From a virus (taxonomy: Duplodnaviria; Caudoviricetes), in IMG/VR virus record IMGVR_UViG_3300049791_000009, positions 1 to 50,475 of that record: a stretch of 50,475 nt of DNA; one strand, written 5' to 3'. The position numbers and the translations under genes were made by a program. This document shows positions 19,701 to 29,261 of this stretch, in pieces; position 1 is the first letter of the stretch, and each line of letters opens with the position of its first letter. A model generated the notes under the pieces. It saw only the letters and a list, made by a program, of their open reading frames with translations. It did no database searches and was not told the DNA's origin.

Positions 19701-22016
19701 AGCACCGAAGCACTAGCTTACCGCAAGGGGTATTACTCTGTCAACTACACTGATCCTCATTTCATCATTAAGAGGGAGTTTAATTCCAAGGGAGAGTTGA
19801 TGGGGGAGCGGGCTGTAGCTACCGCTAAGAGTAAGAAGCAAGCTGACATTCTAACTGCTCGGATGGCTGCCACTGATGGGGGGGAATACTATAACCGGCT
19901 TGATATGAAGGGCTCAAAAACATACAGCGACTCTAACTGGGATGTGGCGCAAGCTCGTGGCCGTTCTGCTCAGCGCACTCGTGGTCAACGCCTTGAGGAC
20001 GCTACCAGTAGCATTGACCCTAGCCAAGCTAACATCATGAGCCCTGTGGATGCTCTTGTCCACTCTGCTCGTAGTATTGGCAGACGTGTAGAAATGCGGG
20101 ATATGATTGAGGCTGGCAAGCAACGTATTTTTCACCAGTACAGCGAGTTTTTCCCAGACGGCAAATTCGGCCAGAAAGTTTACCCTGGCAATGTGTCTGA
20201 AATACAATACCGTGGTGGTGGGCCCAAGGATGGCAGAAAAATAGCTGATGCACGTTCAACCTTTGAGTATTTTAAATATCTAGAAGATGGCTATATTAAC
20301 CACATTGATGATCTGTACAAAGTGTCGCTGAAATTCTTAGCTGAAGCCTTGGGCAATAAGCATATGACCAGATCGGAGGCACTTGCTCGCTGGATGGGAG
20401 ACTCTAGAGGCCCCAGTGCCTTGGGGAAGGCGACTGCATTTAACCTCTACCTTGCCCTTAACCCATTACGTCAAGCTCTTATTCAGAGCCATCAATTGGT
20501 TCAACTCTTTGCCATTAACCCAGACTGGTTTATTAGGGGGCGGTTTGTCTCTCAGACTGCGGTGATATCAGCAATGCAACTTGGCATGGGAGTCTCTAAA
20601 GACTTATTGCACGGCAGTGGTTGGACTATTGATATGGCCAAAAAAGTGTTCAAGGACTTTGATGATACAGGTCTTGTAGCCTCCATTGATAAGCAGAACT
20701 TAGTGCGTGGCAGCCTGCTTAATCTTGCTGATCAGACAACTATGGGCAGGATAAGAAAGACCATCACTGCCCCACTTACTTGGTCACGGAAAGTTGGCTT
20801 CGACTCTGGGGAATATGTTAACACTCTGTCTTCTTACTTGTCTCACTATGATCAAGCATTCCGTAAGGGCGCAGACTTGCATAGCCAAGAGGTGTTGCAG
20901 AATGTCTCTGCGGACTCTCGTAACTTCACCTACAACATGAACTCTGCGGGGGACTTGCCGTATAACCAGAACGCCCTTAGCCTGGTGTTCATGTACCAGC
21001 AAGTGCCTCATAAAGCTTTTCTTACCATGACCCTCAATCGCAACCTGACAGTCCAACAGAAGCTCCGGCTTATAGGGTTCAACACTCTTATGTATGGGTT
21101 CCCCCCAGCCCTTACTTATGGCATGTTCAGCCAGATATTGCCAGATGACCCGGCCACAAGAGATGTAGTAGCAGAGGGGCTTGAAGCATCTATCTTCAAT
21201 AAAACACTAAGCTTGGCTACTGGAGAAGAAACTGCTATCGACTTTTCTGGACTGGCCCCCCTGAATATGTATGGCACAATGGACTTCATTCACAGCTTGT
21301 TCTCCACAGATGTAGGGACAGTAGTAGCTGCGTCCCCGGCAGGCGCCCTGCTCTTCGGCAACAACCCACGCATCACTGACTTTGCCAAGACAGCGGCTAA
21401 GTACTTCAATTTGGTAGACGACCATAAAGACCCTACTACCTTTTCTGAAGTGGCCACTCAGTTCGCGAAGATGTCTTCTGGCATGTCTAACATGTTTAAG
21501 GCTGCCTATGCCATGAAGTACCAACAGAAGATCAGTACTATGGGGGGCATTACTGACCCTCATGTTACTTCTGCTGAAGCCTTTGGGCAGGTGTTTGGTT
21601 TCCAAACTGTGGACGAACGTAATCGCTTTTTTGTAAATGACAAGACCTACAAAGACTCTAAGGCTTACGAGGATGATGTTAAGCATTGGTACGGAGAGTA
21701 TAAGAAGCATTTGACTAGGCAGGGCATTACAAATGCTGAGTCGTCTTTTATAAACCGTGTATACACTGAGGCTTGGAGACACTGGGGCAATGACGACTTC
21801 CGTGCTAAGGAGATTGTCAACCAGCTGTTGAGGCAGGACGTCATGAATGGTGACGCTCGTATGTACCAGAGCGTGCTTAGGATGACAGGGATGAAAAGCC
21901 CTGCTGAGGTCAAGGGTTTGATTAAGGCCCTCCCTAACATAGACGAAGAGAAGCGTAAACAACTAATGGATTCTGTTGATTTTATCAACACCTATAAAGA
22001 CCCAGAGGGAGAATAA
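16797..22016 (+). CDS. Large internal virion (ejection) protein with embedded GNAT-like domain
   Basis: 1739 aa, largely helical, in the ejection module; contains ISVEAAFRRKGAGTLLY. Confidence 0.8.
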   Translation: MASLEDFNSTFTPGLDDFVSEKSSVAPVVSGSSTLNLATHAAALSADPTTAVDKYREVSSQLTMEGKSEASDQLLDYARQEQFKKGRASLIDVMVDPSISDDVKKQAAADVYDQTSAMYNTRNILSQQALEADAGKESVEQEVVRVSLADSLHAINDYKLRQQMILNREVAKASPDATKAFSDIFDMFVPFVEQKYAGTIAADLKENKAGAYGQALVALGNSKMSQREMLVGLPIEKRVEMTDQVLAAVSANSAIVSPDSNEFARIQYLQNVLVDGAYDEVDKWVDNVVGVLDLTLLGGIAGRGLKAATKGVRAAELSESAIRDTVRQSARSQVQPTTVSQNYKDTNPSKAAGAHEMAAADESGEASEALYGTSRGDAIGNDLAPELGGVEGAVRNKVGNPERIHDQEITPSADVIDFVENRGDIFYDKSEKIATRSAVVNDFYSAHGLVARKEMFNIDALDDGVGIKAIYGPPQGGFQTGKDAMDMAEWALREYGIPPEAITLLRREGPNYIPVTKEEIDYLTQPQVVSSRRVELRGQEPSTVTTTKPAAQVPPDNGVLPSAKFPEFNDNTLGDRLKEAAKFPGRPYTLKDGTKVEAKIMDVEGDGEQFVIQLTSNGKGVGSIFAAKSPGESPAISVEAAFRRKGAGTLLYDLATENGLQIGPKKNKQAARTKYGAAIRAVYEPGQSKAYRATRQQADEVITQTDIGSKVVVRKKVDYLIQVDHKYQFSPADVTEWAKFDVNYNIFDRIFASYNGPSLSSAGFGSLQRHALDAASMFRPEISKGASNAVDRGNNLEKKLIELGDDFSKTMERLPADRQKALDVVIREANEQGLDFNYSKMVADGFRPTEIEALKSWRNFWDTIWHLENRDYAKSLRNDKYKEFIDAEHDAKFFARPVARNQAGTSAKVYDHTTGEIKHLNKDEIAELYAREGELAELKRPIRVGDDIAELIVNINKPGGAYMRSITDSTEALAYRKGYYSVNYTDPHFIIKREFNSKGELMGERAVATAKSKKQADILTARMAATDGGEYYNRLDMKGSKTYSDSNWDVAQARGRSAQRTRGQRLEDATSSIDPSQANIMSPVDALVHSARSIGRRVEMRDMIEAGKQRIFHQYSEFFPDGKFGQKVYPGNVSEIQYRGGGPKDGRKIADARSTFEYFKYLEDGYINHIDDLYKVSLKFLAEALGNKHMTRSEALARWMGDSRGPSALGKATAFNLYLALNPLRQALIQSHQLVQLFAINPDWFIRGRFVSQTAVISAMQLGMGVSKDLLHGSGWTIDMAKKVFKDFDDTGLVASIDKQNLVRGSLLNLADQTTMGRIRKTITAPLTWSRKVGFDSGEYVNTLSSYLSHYDQAFRKGADLHSQEVLQNVSADSRNFTYNMNSAGDLPYNQNALSLVFMYQQVPHKAFLTMTLNRNLTVQQKLRLIGFNTLMYGFPPALTYGMFSQILPDDPATRDVVAEGLEASIFNKTLSLATGEETAIDFSGLAPLNMYGTMDFIHSLFSTDVGTVVAASPAGALLFGNNPRITDFAKTAAKYFNLVDDHKDPTTFSEVATQFAKMSSGMSNMFKAAYAMKYQQKISTMGGITDPHVTSAEAFGQVFGFQTVDERNRFFVNDKTYKDSKAYEDDVKHWYGEYKKHLTRQGITNAESSFINRVYTEAWRHWGNDDFRAKEIVNQLLRQDVMNGDARMYQSVLRMTGMKSPAEVKGLIKALPNIDEEKRKQLMDSVDFINTYKDPEGE

Positions 22017-22018
22017 CT

Positions 22019-23848
22019 TTGGCCGACTTCAGTACAAATGTGGGTGCTGCTCCTCAACAGAACATCACCCCTGCACAACCAGTCTCTGACCAAAGTTCAC
22101 TGGTGTCATTAAATGCTTTGGGGAACATTGGTTCTAAGATCCTTAGTGCTGGCATGAGTGTTCTACAGAATAAGCAAGCTGTTGATCAGCAGAATAATCT
22201 CAACAATGCTGTGAGCTCCTTCAGCCAGAAGCAACTTAAGCTAGCTGATGCTGTAGAGCAAGGGGCTATGTCTTCTCAAGAAGCTCGTATGCGTATGCGT
22301 AAGAACTACACTGATGAGATTAGTAACAATCCCAGCCTCACTAAGATCTTGGCACAGACTCAAGCAGATATTATCAACACTGCCGGTCTAGGCAAGATTG
22401 TAGCTGAGGGCACTGAGCAAGAGAAGATCAACGTGGCTATGCAGAAGGAGGCTAGCCTAGCTGGCTGGATTAAGCCTACTGCTAGCCCTGATGAACAGCA
22501 AGCTGGTATTGCTGCCTTCTCCGCCTTCAAGCGTCATGAAGCTGACATCAACGCTCAACAGAATGCTCTCCAGCTTGCTAGCTCTAAGGTTGGTTACCAG
22601 CGTGCCCAGATTGGCTTGGCTACAGATAGGATTCAGCAAGTGACTGCGGGCTATTCTCAACAGTCGGCTAAGATCAACTTGGTTGAAGCTAAGCAACAGC
22701 AGCAGTCTCGTATTGCTGTAGGTGGTATGGCTGATAGTTACAACTTCAAGTTTAACCAAGACTTGCAGGAGATTGAGGCTAAGAAAGACCGGGGAGAGAT
22801 TACGCCACAAGAGGCTATTAAACTGGCTGACCAGCAGTTCGCTACTATTAGCCAACTGGTGTCAAGTGTGGGCAAGGATGCTGGCGGGGACTATGTGAAT
22901 AACGTTGTCGCACCTATGAAGATGCGCTATGAGAACTCTGTCAAGTTTCTTAATGGGGATATTGATAAACAAATCTTGGGTAATGAGAATGAGCGTACTG
23001 TAGCGCTTCAGATGAAGAACGCCCTAGGTGACCCTAAGGTTGCTCAGGTAGTGGCCACTAGCCGCCTCCTAGGTAACGCTAACCTAGCCCTCATCCCCGG
23101 AGTTAACCAAGCTGTCATGTCTATCATTGGCAAGAACACTAACCCAGTGACTAAGCCCGCTGACATTCTCCCTGACACTCCAGATGAGAAAGCTGACGTA
23201 GGTAACTACCTCGGTGTTCTCAAGAGTAGTATGGGTAACTACGCTGGCGGCAAGGATGGTGGTAACAAGGAAGAGACTCAGACTCAGCTTAACGCTAACG
23301 TCACCAATATCCTCAAAGGTATTGATGTACATAGTGTAGCAGTTAATAACCCTGCTGAGTATAACCAAGTGGTTGACTTCTTGGCTTCCCCAGAGTTTGG
23401 TAAGTTCACTAGCTCAGGTGGTGGTGTGTATCAAGACGCTGCTCAGAATGCCAGCACTATCTTGCAGAGCCAGTATATTGACCAAGTGTTGCCTTTGCTT
23501 AAGAAGGAGTGGGAGACCACTTACATTCCTAAGCGTACCTCTGGCACATTTGCACCAGCAACAGGTCCAGTAGATGCAAGCAAGCCTTCTTCGGCTACAT
23601 CCACCAGCTCTGTAATTAAACCTTTCTTTTCAGGGGGAGGTGTTGTGTTCCGTGCTGAAGGTCCAGAAGCTAACTCGGCTGAGACTAGGAACAAGGTGAA
23701 AGACCTTAATGCTAAGGTTGGTAGCGTAATGAATAAGCTACTGAGGATGGACGCTCACTTGAGTGGTAACACAGACTACAAGGCAGCGTATGAACGCTAT
23801 GCCCCTTCAATCTTTGGCGAACAGCCAGCTCCTACTAAGGCGGAATGA
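22019..23848 (+). CDS. Internal virion (ejection) protein
   Basis: 609 aa, TTG start with GGGAG RBS, Q/A-rich coiled coils. Confidence 0.75.
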   Translation: MADFSTNVGAAPQQNITPAQPVSDQSSLVSLNALGNIGSKILSAGMSVLQNKQAVDQQNNLNNAVSSFSQKQLKLADAVEQGAMSSQEARMRMRKNYTDEISNNPSLTKILAQTQADIINTAGLGKIVAEGTEQEKINVAMQKEASLAGWIKPTASPDEQQAGIAAFSAFKRHEADINAQQNALQLASSKVGYQRAQIGLATDRIQQVTAGYSQQSAKINLVEAKQQQQSRIAVGGMADSYNFKFNQDLQEIEAKKDRGEITPQEAIKLADQQFATISQLVSSVGKDAGGDYVNNVVAPMKMRYENSVKFLNGDIDKQILGNENERTVALQMKNALGDPKVAQVVATSRLLGNANLALIPGVNQAVMSIIGKNTNPVTKPADILPDTPDEKADVGNYLGVLKSSMGNYAGGKDGGNKEETQTQLNANVTNILKGIDVHSVAVNNPAEYNQVVDFLASPEFGKFTSSGGGVYQDAAQNASTILQSQYIDQVLPLLKKEWETTYIPKRTSGTFAPATGPVDASKPSSATSTSSVIKPFFSGGGVVFRAEGPEANSAETRNKVKDLNAKVGSVMNKLLRMDAHLSGNTDYKAAYERYAPSIFGEQPAPTKAE

Positions 23849-23850
23849 TT

Positions 23851-23949
23851 ATGCCATATGGTGATAAGAAAAAGAAAGCCCCTAAAGGTTTCATACCCTT
23901 CGCTAAGAAAGGTGCTAGGGACAAGGCTAAGACAAAGAAGAAGAAATGA
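23851..23949 (+). CDS. Lys-rich micro-protein, 32 aa
   Basis: MPYGDKKKKAPKGFIPFAKKGARDKAKTKKKK; fills the gap; ATGA overlap with the endolysin. Confidence 0.7.
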   Translation: MPYGDKKKKAPKGFIPFAKKGARDKAKTKKKK

Positions 23950-24383
23950 TTACACAAAACAAACAAGCCATTAAGAACGCCGAGGGACTCCGTCTCACGG
24001 CCTACCTCGACGGTGGTGGGGTGTGGACCATTGGCTATGGCCACACAGGAGCCGATGTAAGGGCTGGCCTTACCATACCCTTGTCTGAGGCTGAGAGGCT
24101 CCTCACAAGAGACCTCAGGACGGCTGAGGGGCATATTAATGATGCTGTGGAGGTCAAGCTGACACAGGACCAGTTCGACGCTCTAGTAAGCTTTGTTTAC
24201 AATGTGGGGGGAGGTGCATTCCGATCCTCAACTCTTCTCAAGTTGCTGAATGCTGGAGACTACGAGGGGGCTGCTAATCAGCTCTTACGTTGGGATAAAG
24301 ATAACGGCAAGAGAGTTCAGGGGCTAGCTAACCGAAGACAAGAGGAACGCAAGTTGTTCCTGGGAGGTAGTAGTGCCGCTTAA
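23946..24383 (+). CDS. Endolysin, GH24 (T4-type) lysozyme
   Basis: E-x8-D-x5-T triad in EGLRLTAYLDGGGVWTIGYGHT; QFDALVSFVYNVG; GLANRR. Confidence 0.95.
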   Translation: MITQNKQAIKNAEGLRLTAYLDGGGVWTIGYGHTGADVRAGLTIPLSEAERLLTRDLRTAEGHINDAVEVKLTQDQFDALVSFVYNVGGGAFRSSTLLKLLNAGDYEGAANQLLRWDKDNGKRVQGLANRRQEERKLFLGGSSAA

Positions 24384-24513
24384 ATCAGGGTCAAGCAATA
24401 AGACTATTAGCAAGAATATCTCTACTGAGATGCACGCTGGCAAGTCACAGAAACAGGCGATCGCTATAGCCTACTCTAAGGCAAAGAAGTCTAAGAAGAA
24501 AAAGAAGAAGTAA
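24373..24513 (+). CDS. Lys-rich micro-protein, 46 aa
   Basis: GTG start with GGAGG RBS; MPLKSGSSNKTISKNISTEMHAGKSQKQAIAIAYSKAKKSKKKKKK. Confidence 0.8.
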   Translation: MPLKSGSSNKTISKNISTEMHAGKSQKQAIAIAYSKAKKSKKKKKK

Positions 24514-24525
24514 TTCGGAGGTCAT

Positions 24526-24888
24526 GTGTGGTTTACAGCTCTACTAGGCCCGCTAGGTGGTATTGTAACCACTTGGCTTGAGGGCAAGCAGAAGATACAG
24601 GAAGCTACAATCTCCAAGGAAGTGACTCAGCTAACTAACGAAGCTAACTGGGACAACATACAGGCGGAGGCTAGCAAGTCTAGTTGGAAGGATGAATGGC
24701 TTACCATTCTAATCTCCATCCCGATGATCTTAGCGTTCATCCCAGGCATGAAGGAGACAGTGCAGAGTGGGTTCTCTACGCTCTCAGCGTGTCCTGACTG
24801 GTATCAATACCTCATTGGTGTAGTGTTCGCCGCGTCATTTGGTATTAAGAAAGTTACAGACATCTTCGCTAGTAAGCGGGGTGGTTGA
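24526..24888 (+). CDS. Probable holin (three-TM type)
   Basis: Three hydrophobic segments, SSWKDEW and PDWYQY motifs, basic C-terminus, next to the endolysin. Confidence 0.75.
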   Translation: MWFTALLGPLGGIVTTWLEGKQKIQEATISKEVTQLTNEANWDNIQAEASKSSWKDEWLTILISIPMILAFIPGMKETVQSGFSTLSACPDWYQYLIGVVFAASFGIKKVTDIFASKRGG

Positions 24889-25172
24889 TGAGTGATTTAA
24901 CATCTAGGGTGAGTGGTTGGACTCAGACTCTTGTTGCAGTGGGGAGTTTGGTATTTGGCGTGGGGATGTTGTACGGAGATGTGCAAGACATCAAGAGGGA
25001 TGTTTCTCAGACCAAGGGCTTGAGTGTTCAAACCCAAGTTCTGGAAACTAAACTGGCGAACCAAAAGGAGACGCAAGAAGCGACCCTTAAGGTTCTGGAG
25101 AGGTTGACTGACACTGTGGATAAGTTATCTACTGGTGTAGCCAGATTGGAAGTTCAGATTAACAAGCGTTAA
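24885..25172 (+). CDS. Single-TM coiled-coil membrane protein (lysis accessory)
   Basis: N-terminal TM segment followed by heptad repeats; last gene of the + arm. Confidence 0.6.
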   Translation: MMSDLTSRVSGWTQTLVAVGSLVFGVGMLYGDVQDIKRDVSQTKGLSVQTQVLETKLANQKETQEATLKVLERLTDTVDKLSTGVARLEVQINKR

Positions 25173-25178
25173 AAGTCG

Positions 25179-25203
25179 AGCCCCTTAATTGGGGCTTTTC
25201 TTT
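25179..25203 (+). terminator. Terminator at the convergence of the two arms
   Basis: AGCCCC-TTAATT-GGGGCT followed by TTTCTTT. Confidence 0.8.
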
Positions 25204-25235
25204 ATCTAAAATTAATGCCGTCCTCTGGCATTGGC

Positions 25236-25448
25236 TTACTCCATGTCATACACATCTGACATAAGATTAAACTTGAACTGCTCTATAAGCATGAGGATCT
25301 CTGCCTTGTCCAAGCCTAGAGAGCCCCTTACATCAAGGTAACCTTCAGCGTCGTAGCCTAGAATGAGGACTTGAGCATAATGCCCTATAGCCTCTTTAAG
25401 GACTACATCAGGGTTCTGTGCTGGCACTAGATCAACTACGTCTCCCAC
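25236..25448 (-). CDS. Hypothetical protein
   Basis: 70 aa, GTG start, GGAGG RBS. Confidence 0.75.
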   Translation of the reverse strand: MGDVVDLVPAQNPDVVLKEAIGHYAQVLILGYDAEGYLDVRGSLGLDKAEILMLIEQFKFNLMSDVYDME

Positions 25449-25624
25449 TATAGAACCTCCGCTACTTCAAAGTGTGCTACCTGAGTGATGGGGACATAGC
25501 AGTCCTTATCTACACAAGAGATCTTGAGGAAGTAAGTGTCACCAAGCTGGTAGTCAACAAATGAGGCAAAGTTCTCGTACGTATCGACAAGGCCATTGTA
25601 GTCAGTGATGGTTAGCGTCTTCAT
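25448..25624 (-). CDS. Hypothetical protein, 58 aa (not in the ORF track)
   Basis: MKTLTITDYNGLVDTYENF...FEVAEVL; GGAG RBS; stop overlaps the next start. Confidence 0.7.
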   Translation of the reverse strand: MKTLTITDYNGLVDTYENFASFVDYQLGDTYFLKISCVDKDCYVPITQVAHFEVAEVL

Positions 25625-25672
25625 TTAGGCAAGCTCCAGAGGTTAATTGGTGGAAAGGTTATGTCAGGCCAG

Positions 25673-27541
25673 TTATAGAAATGTGACTTCACACGCACCT
25701 GAACTACAAGCACTCTCTGCTGCGAGATTGATTTGGCTGCCATCTTGTTCAAACACCTCGTCAATGTTAATAGCCTCTAGGTGGGGGAGCATACTCTCAT
25801 ATACTTCCTTGGTGCAATCCTCGAAGGGCAACTGAGGGTAAGCCTCAGCACCAAAGTAAGGCAAGACGCTAATACCATTGTAGTGCTCCCGGTTAATCCA
25901 CATCCAGTTAGTTAGCTCTTCCCACTCGTTATCCTTAACGCTAATAGTGCAGGATACGTTATGTCGGTTATCCCCCTTATTATGTCCTGTGCCCACCCAC
26001 TCTTGACTAACCTTCTTCACCCGACTTAGTAGGTCAAAGATGCTCTCAGTGCGTACACAAGCCCCGTCAGGAGCTTTCTGAGGGAAGCTGAGTACCACTT
26101 GGTGCGATACCATCACATCCTGCTCTACGAGCGCTGGAGCCACCTTCATCATGTACTGAGCTAGCTCTTCGTCCTTACCCGCTCGCATACGTCTAATATA
26201 ATAGTCATTATGCCAAGCGTGAATACCACTGCTACAGCCAAGGACAAGAGAAGTAGTACCAGCGGGCTTAACAGTAGTGACACGCTCAGCAGGATTAATG
26301 CCAATATCTTTGGCAACATTTCGGTTAGTTTGTACTGCAACTTTAGCCGCCTGTTTCATGTCAAGTTCAGTGACAGTCTTGCTGGCAATGCCAGTCATAC
26401 TCACTCCGAGAAGTGCACCACGCTCACAAGTCTCCCGCCACTTGGGGTTAAGATAGTGGAAGTCTGTGTACCCTGCCTGTAGCGTGCCAATAAATGCAGC
26501 AGCGTGACTTGCCCCATTATAATCGGCCTGACTCCTGATAACGCTAGCGTCAAGCTCCGTGAGATTGCAGGCCTGATAGGGTTCAAGTGCAATTTCACAA
26601 CAAGGGTTAGTACCCCAGTCTCGATTATTGTTCCAGTAGACACCGGGTTCGCCACAACCACTGGCCTCCACACGAGACATGAGCTTAACGAACTGGTCAA
26701 CTGTAACCTCTCCCCGAATCAGCACAGCACTATTGTTAGAGCGGGCTCGGTAGGGATGAGTCTCCCACCAGTTACCAGACTTACAAGTAATCATCTCCTC
26801 ATCGTCAAGGTCGAACAGGCTAATCATTGCAGCTCTACGAATCCCCCCTGCCAACACAGCGTCAGCAATGATACAGGCAGCATCATGCACCTCAATAGGT
26901 CGCAGAGGGCGCCCCACAGCTCCTGTGAAGAGCTCTGTGAGGCTTTCTACACAAAGCTTTAGTGGAGCAGGGCCTGGAGCTTGACCGCCTGTGGTGACAA
27001 GCTCAGACCCTTTCTCGCGGATGTCTCTATAATCAAAAGCAGGTAGTGCTCCTCCACATAGAAATGCCTTAGCAACAACCTTAATGGCATCAGCCCAACC
27101 GACAATGCTGTCTTGTACTTGGAACTTGTGGTAATCACGACTCTTAGGCTCCGTTACTGGCGGGAGTTTGCTTACGTGGTGGCTTTGGACAGAATAGCCC
27201 ATGCCGGTGCCGCCAAGCAAAAGAAACATAAGCTCAGGAAAGAAATGGTAATCTTCTGCTGGCATGTATGCGCAGTTGAAAATGCGATTATGAGCCAATT
27301 CGATAGGACGACCGCCGAATTGAAGGGAGCGCATACTAGGAAGAACGCGCTTAGTATGTACATAATCCTTATACACTTGCTCAATCTGGTCGTGCAATTG
27401 TGGGTACTTCCATTGATGCATTTCCTTATTGCGTGTTACAATCTCATCGTAGTTCTCACGACGCCCCTTTGAGGGGAGGAACTTAGCATATTTCCCAAAA
27501 ACCGTAATCTCACTCAACGCCTTCTTATCTTTCTCGCTCAA
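25673..27541 (-). CDS. nrdJ: Class II (adenosylcobalamin-dependent) ribonucleotide reductase
   Basis: LPSMRSLQ, FNCAY, GGIRRAAMI, TNPCCEI, TVKPAGT, C-terminal CSSGAC; no beta subunit gene present. Confidence 0.93.
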   Translation of the reverse strand: MSEKDKKALSEITVFGKYAKFLPSKGRRENYDEIVTRNKEMHQWKYPQLHDQIEQVYKDYVHTKRVLPSMRSLQFGGRPIELAHNRIFNCAYMPAEDYHFFPELMFLLLGGTGMGYSVQSHHVSKLPPVTEPKSRDYHKFQVQDSIVGWADAIKVVAKAFLCGGALPAFDYRDIREKGSELVTTGGQAPGPAPLKLCVESLTELFTGAVGRPLRPIEVHDAACIIADAVLAGGIRRAAMISLFDLDDEEMITCKSGNWWETHPYRARSNNSAVLIRGEVTVDQFVKLMSRVEASGCGEPGVYWNNNRDWGTNPCCEIALEPYQACNLTELDASVIRSQADYNGASHAAAFIGTLQAGYTDFHYLNPKWRETCERGALLGVSMTGIASKTVTELDMKQAAKVAVQTNRNVAKDIGINPAERVTTVKPAGTTSLVLGCSSGIHAWHNDYYIRRMRAGKDEELAQYMMKVAPALVEQDVMVSHQVVLSFPQKAPDGACVRTESIFDLLSRVKKVSQEWVGTGHNKGDNRHNVSCTISVKDNEWEELTNWMWINREHYNGISVLPYFGAEAYPQLPFEDCTKEVYESMLPHLEAINIDEVFEQDGSQINLAAESACSSGACEVTFL

Positions 27542-27553
27542 GCAAATTTCCCC

Positions 27554-27703
27554 TTAGTCTTCATTATCTTCTGGTGGCTCATCTGTGGAGATGAACAAAA
27601 TGGGGAGCCAGCCAATCTTAACTAGTCCCATAATGATTAAGCCAGTGAACAGCCCTGTTACTAGGCACTCCATGAGTGCATTTAATGCTATGAGAGCCCC
27701 CAT
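27554..27703 (-). CDS. Small membrane protein, 49 aa
   Basis: MGALIALNALMECLVTGLFTGLIIMGLVKIGWLPILFISTDEPPEDNED; GGAGG RBS; TAATG coupling to phoH. Confidence 0.7.
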   Translation of the reverse strand: MGALIALNALMECLVTGLFTGLIIMGLVKIGWLPILFISTDEPPEDNED

Positions 27704-28347
27704 TATTTACGCGCCTCCCACCGCTCGAAAGCGCTAATCATCATCTTACATTGCTCACTACGAAGTACATCATCAACAGTAAAGTGGATGGTATGCACTG
27801 GCAGGTCAAGTTCCTCAACCATCTTAATGAACTCAGCGAGGCCACTCCCCCTGAATAGGGGGCTAGTCTGCGCCACATCACCACACAGGACAAGCTTACT
27901 ATATTTGCCCATCCGAGTGACCAACACCTTAATCTGCTCAAAAGACATGTTCTGGCATTCGTCCACAATCACCAAGGCGTTATCCCAAGTGAGACCCTGG
28001 ATGTGCTCAAGCATGTAGTACTGGATGCGTCGATTCTTCTCCAAATCCTCCTGATGAGCAATGCCTACACCATGAGCAATGAAGTTCTGTTGCAGGGGGC
28101 GAATCCAAGGGAGAAGCTTCTCACGCTCCCCTCCTGGTAGGAAGCCGTTAGTGTTGGCAAAGGAGACGTTAGGGCGGGCTAGGATCACCTGGCTCTTACG
28201 AGCCCCGTCAAGCCACTCTACAGCTCGACCTATAGCACCATATGTCTTGCCAGTCCCGGCGCTCCCATACGCGATTACAGGCATGTTCTTGCGGTCATGG
28301 AGAGCTACTTCATAGAGCTCGTGTTTTTTAGTTGGTTGAAGTTCCAT
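27703..28347 (-). CDS. phoH: PhoH-like ATPase
   Basis: GSAGTGKT, GFLPG, IVDECQN, RMG, CGDVAQ. Confidence 0.93.
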   Translation of the reverse strand: MELQPTKKHELYEVALHDRKNMPVIAYGSAGTGKTYGAIGRAVEWLDGARKSQVILARPNVSFANTNGFLPGGEREKLLPWIRPLQQNFIAHGVGIAHQEDLEKNRRIQYYMLEHIQGLTWDNALVIVDECQNMSFEQIKVLVTRMGKYSKLVLCGDVAQTSPLFRGSGLAEFIKMVEELDLPVHTIHFTVDDVLRSEQCKMMISAFERWEARK

Positions 28348-28491
28348 TTAAGTCACCACATAGGAGAAGAAAAGCACCAACAGAAATGCAGTGTTAATTA
28401 CCAACATGGCAAGGGGAGATTGCCCCGATAACCTTTGCTGGAAAACTATCACCACAAGGTTTGTTAACATTAGAGATACTAGTACCAACAC
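28348..28491 (-). CDS. Small two-TM membrane protein, ~47 aa
   Basis: MLVLVSLMLTNLVVIVFQQRLSGQSPLAMLVINTAFLLVLFFSYVVT; fills the gap exactly; start codon uncertain. Confidence 0.55.
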   Translation of the reverse strand: MLVLVSLMLTNLVVIVFQQRLSGQSPLAMLVINTAFLLVLFFSYVVT

Positions 28492-28493
28492 CT

Positions 28494-29261
28494 TTAAACA
28501 CCAAGCAACCTCTCTACGCTAACTTGCTCCAAATCATACATGCCATCATGAACATTATGCAGCTTGAAACAACCCCTAAAATGGTTATTGCCTTGAAAGC
28601 CCTTGTACTCCTCGTCGTGGAGGTAACAGCTACCCCCAACGAGAGCGCTAATCTTTCTACCATCGTTGAGGTATTCCTGAGCGTATTTAAACGTCTGCTC
28701 ATGTCCTTGTACGAACGATAGCTTAAGCTTGTTAAGGCGATATTCAGCAGTGCCGCCAATAGGCTTCCCAGACATAGCGTTATATGCATAATGGACAAAG
28801 TGAACTCCCTCAATCTCAACAGGTTTTAGGAAAGGGTGAACTTTGAATCCGTACTCTCCAATAACTTCTGGGAGGTTTATCAAGCCCTTCAGTTCGTTGA
28901 AGCGATCAACACGCTGCTCGTGGTTGCCCATTGTAAAGTGTAGCGCAGGGTTGTACACTTTCTTTTTATTAACCCATTGGCGGTATTGTAGTTCCCATAG
29001 TGGACGCATCAGAAACTCTAAGCCCATCTCTCCTGCATCTACATCTGCCTTCACCTCTGCCCCATCAAACACTTGGCGGTTGTTCTTAGGGAAGTCATAG
29101 TGGCATAGGCTCTTCATATCGAAGTGGTCACCAATATGTACAATGGCATCAGGGCGCCAACTGACAATGAGTTGTCCTACAGCTTCCAGCAGAGGGCGAT
29201 TCAACTCAAGATTGTCAGGGCGGATCTGGCTATCCGGGATTATTAGGATATTCTTACTCAA
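28494..29261 (-). CDS. Calcineurin-like metallophosphoesterase
   Basis: IPDSQ, GDHFD, GNHE, QGHEQ motifs. Confidence 0.88.
   Translation of the reverse strand: MSKNILIIPDSQIRPDNLELNRPLLEAVGQLIVSWRPDAIVHIGDHFDMKSLCHYDFPKNNRQVFDGAEVKADVDAGEMGLEFLMRPLWELQYRQWVNKKKVYNPALHFTMGNHEQRVDRFNELKGLINLPEVIGEYGFKVHPFLKPVEIEGVHFVHYAYNAMSGKPIGGTAEYRLNKLKLSFVQGHEQTFKYAQEYLNDGRKISALVGGSCYLHDEEYKGFQGNNHFRGCFKLHNVHDGMYDLEQVSVERLLGV

Noticed and set aside
24517-24547. Out-of-frame ATG overlapping the holin GTG start as a lysis-timing device
   Set aside because: It lies too close to the GGAGG and gives only a 7-codon ORF; no supporting evidence
28448-28476. TTAACATTAGAGA as a sixth copy of the middle-type motif
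   Set aside because: Opposite strand, inside a coding region, and lacks ATRCT at the 15-nt spacing
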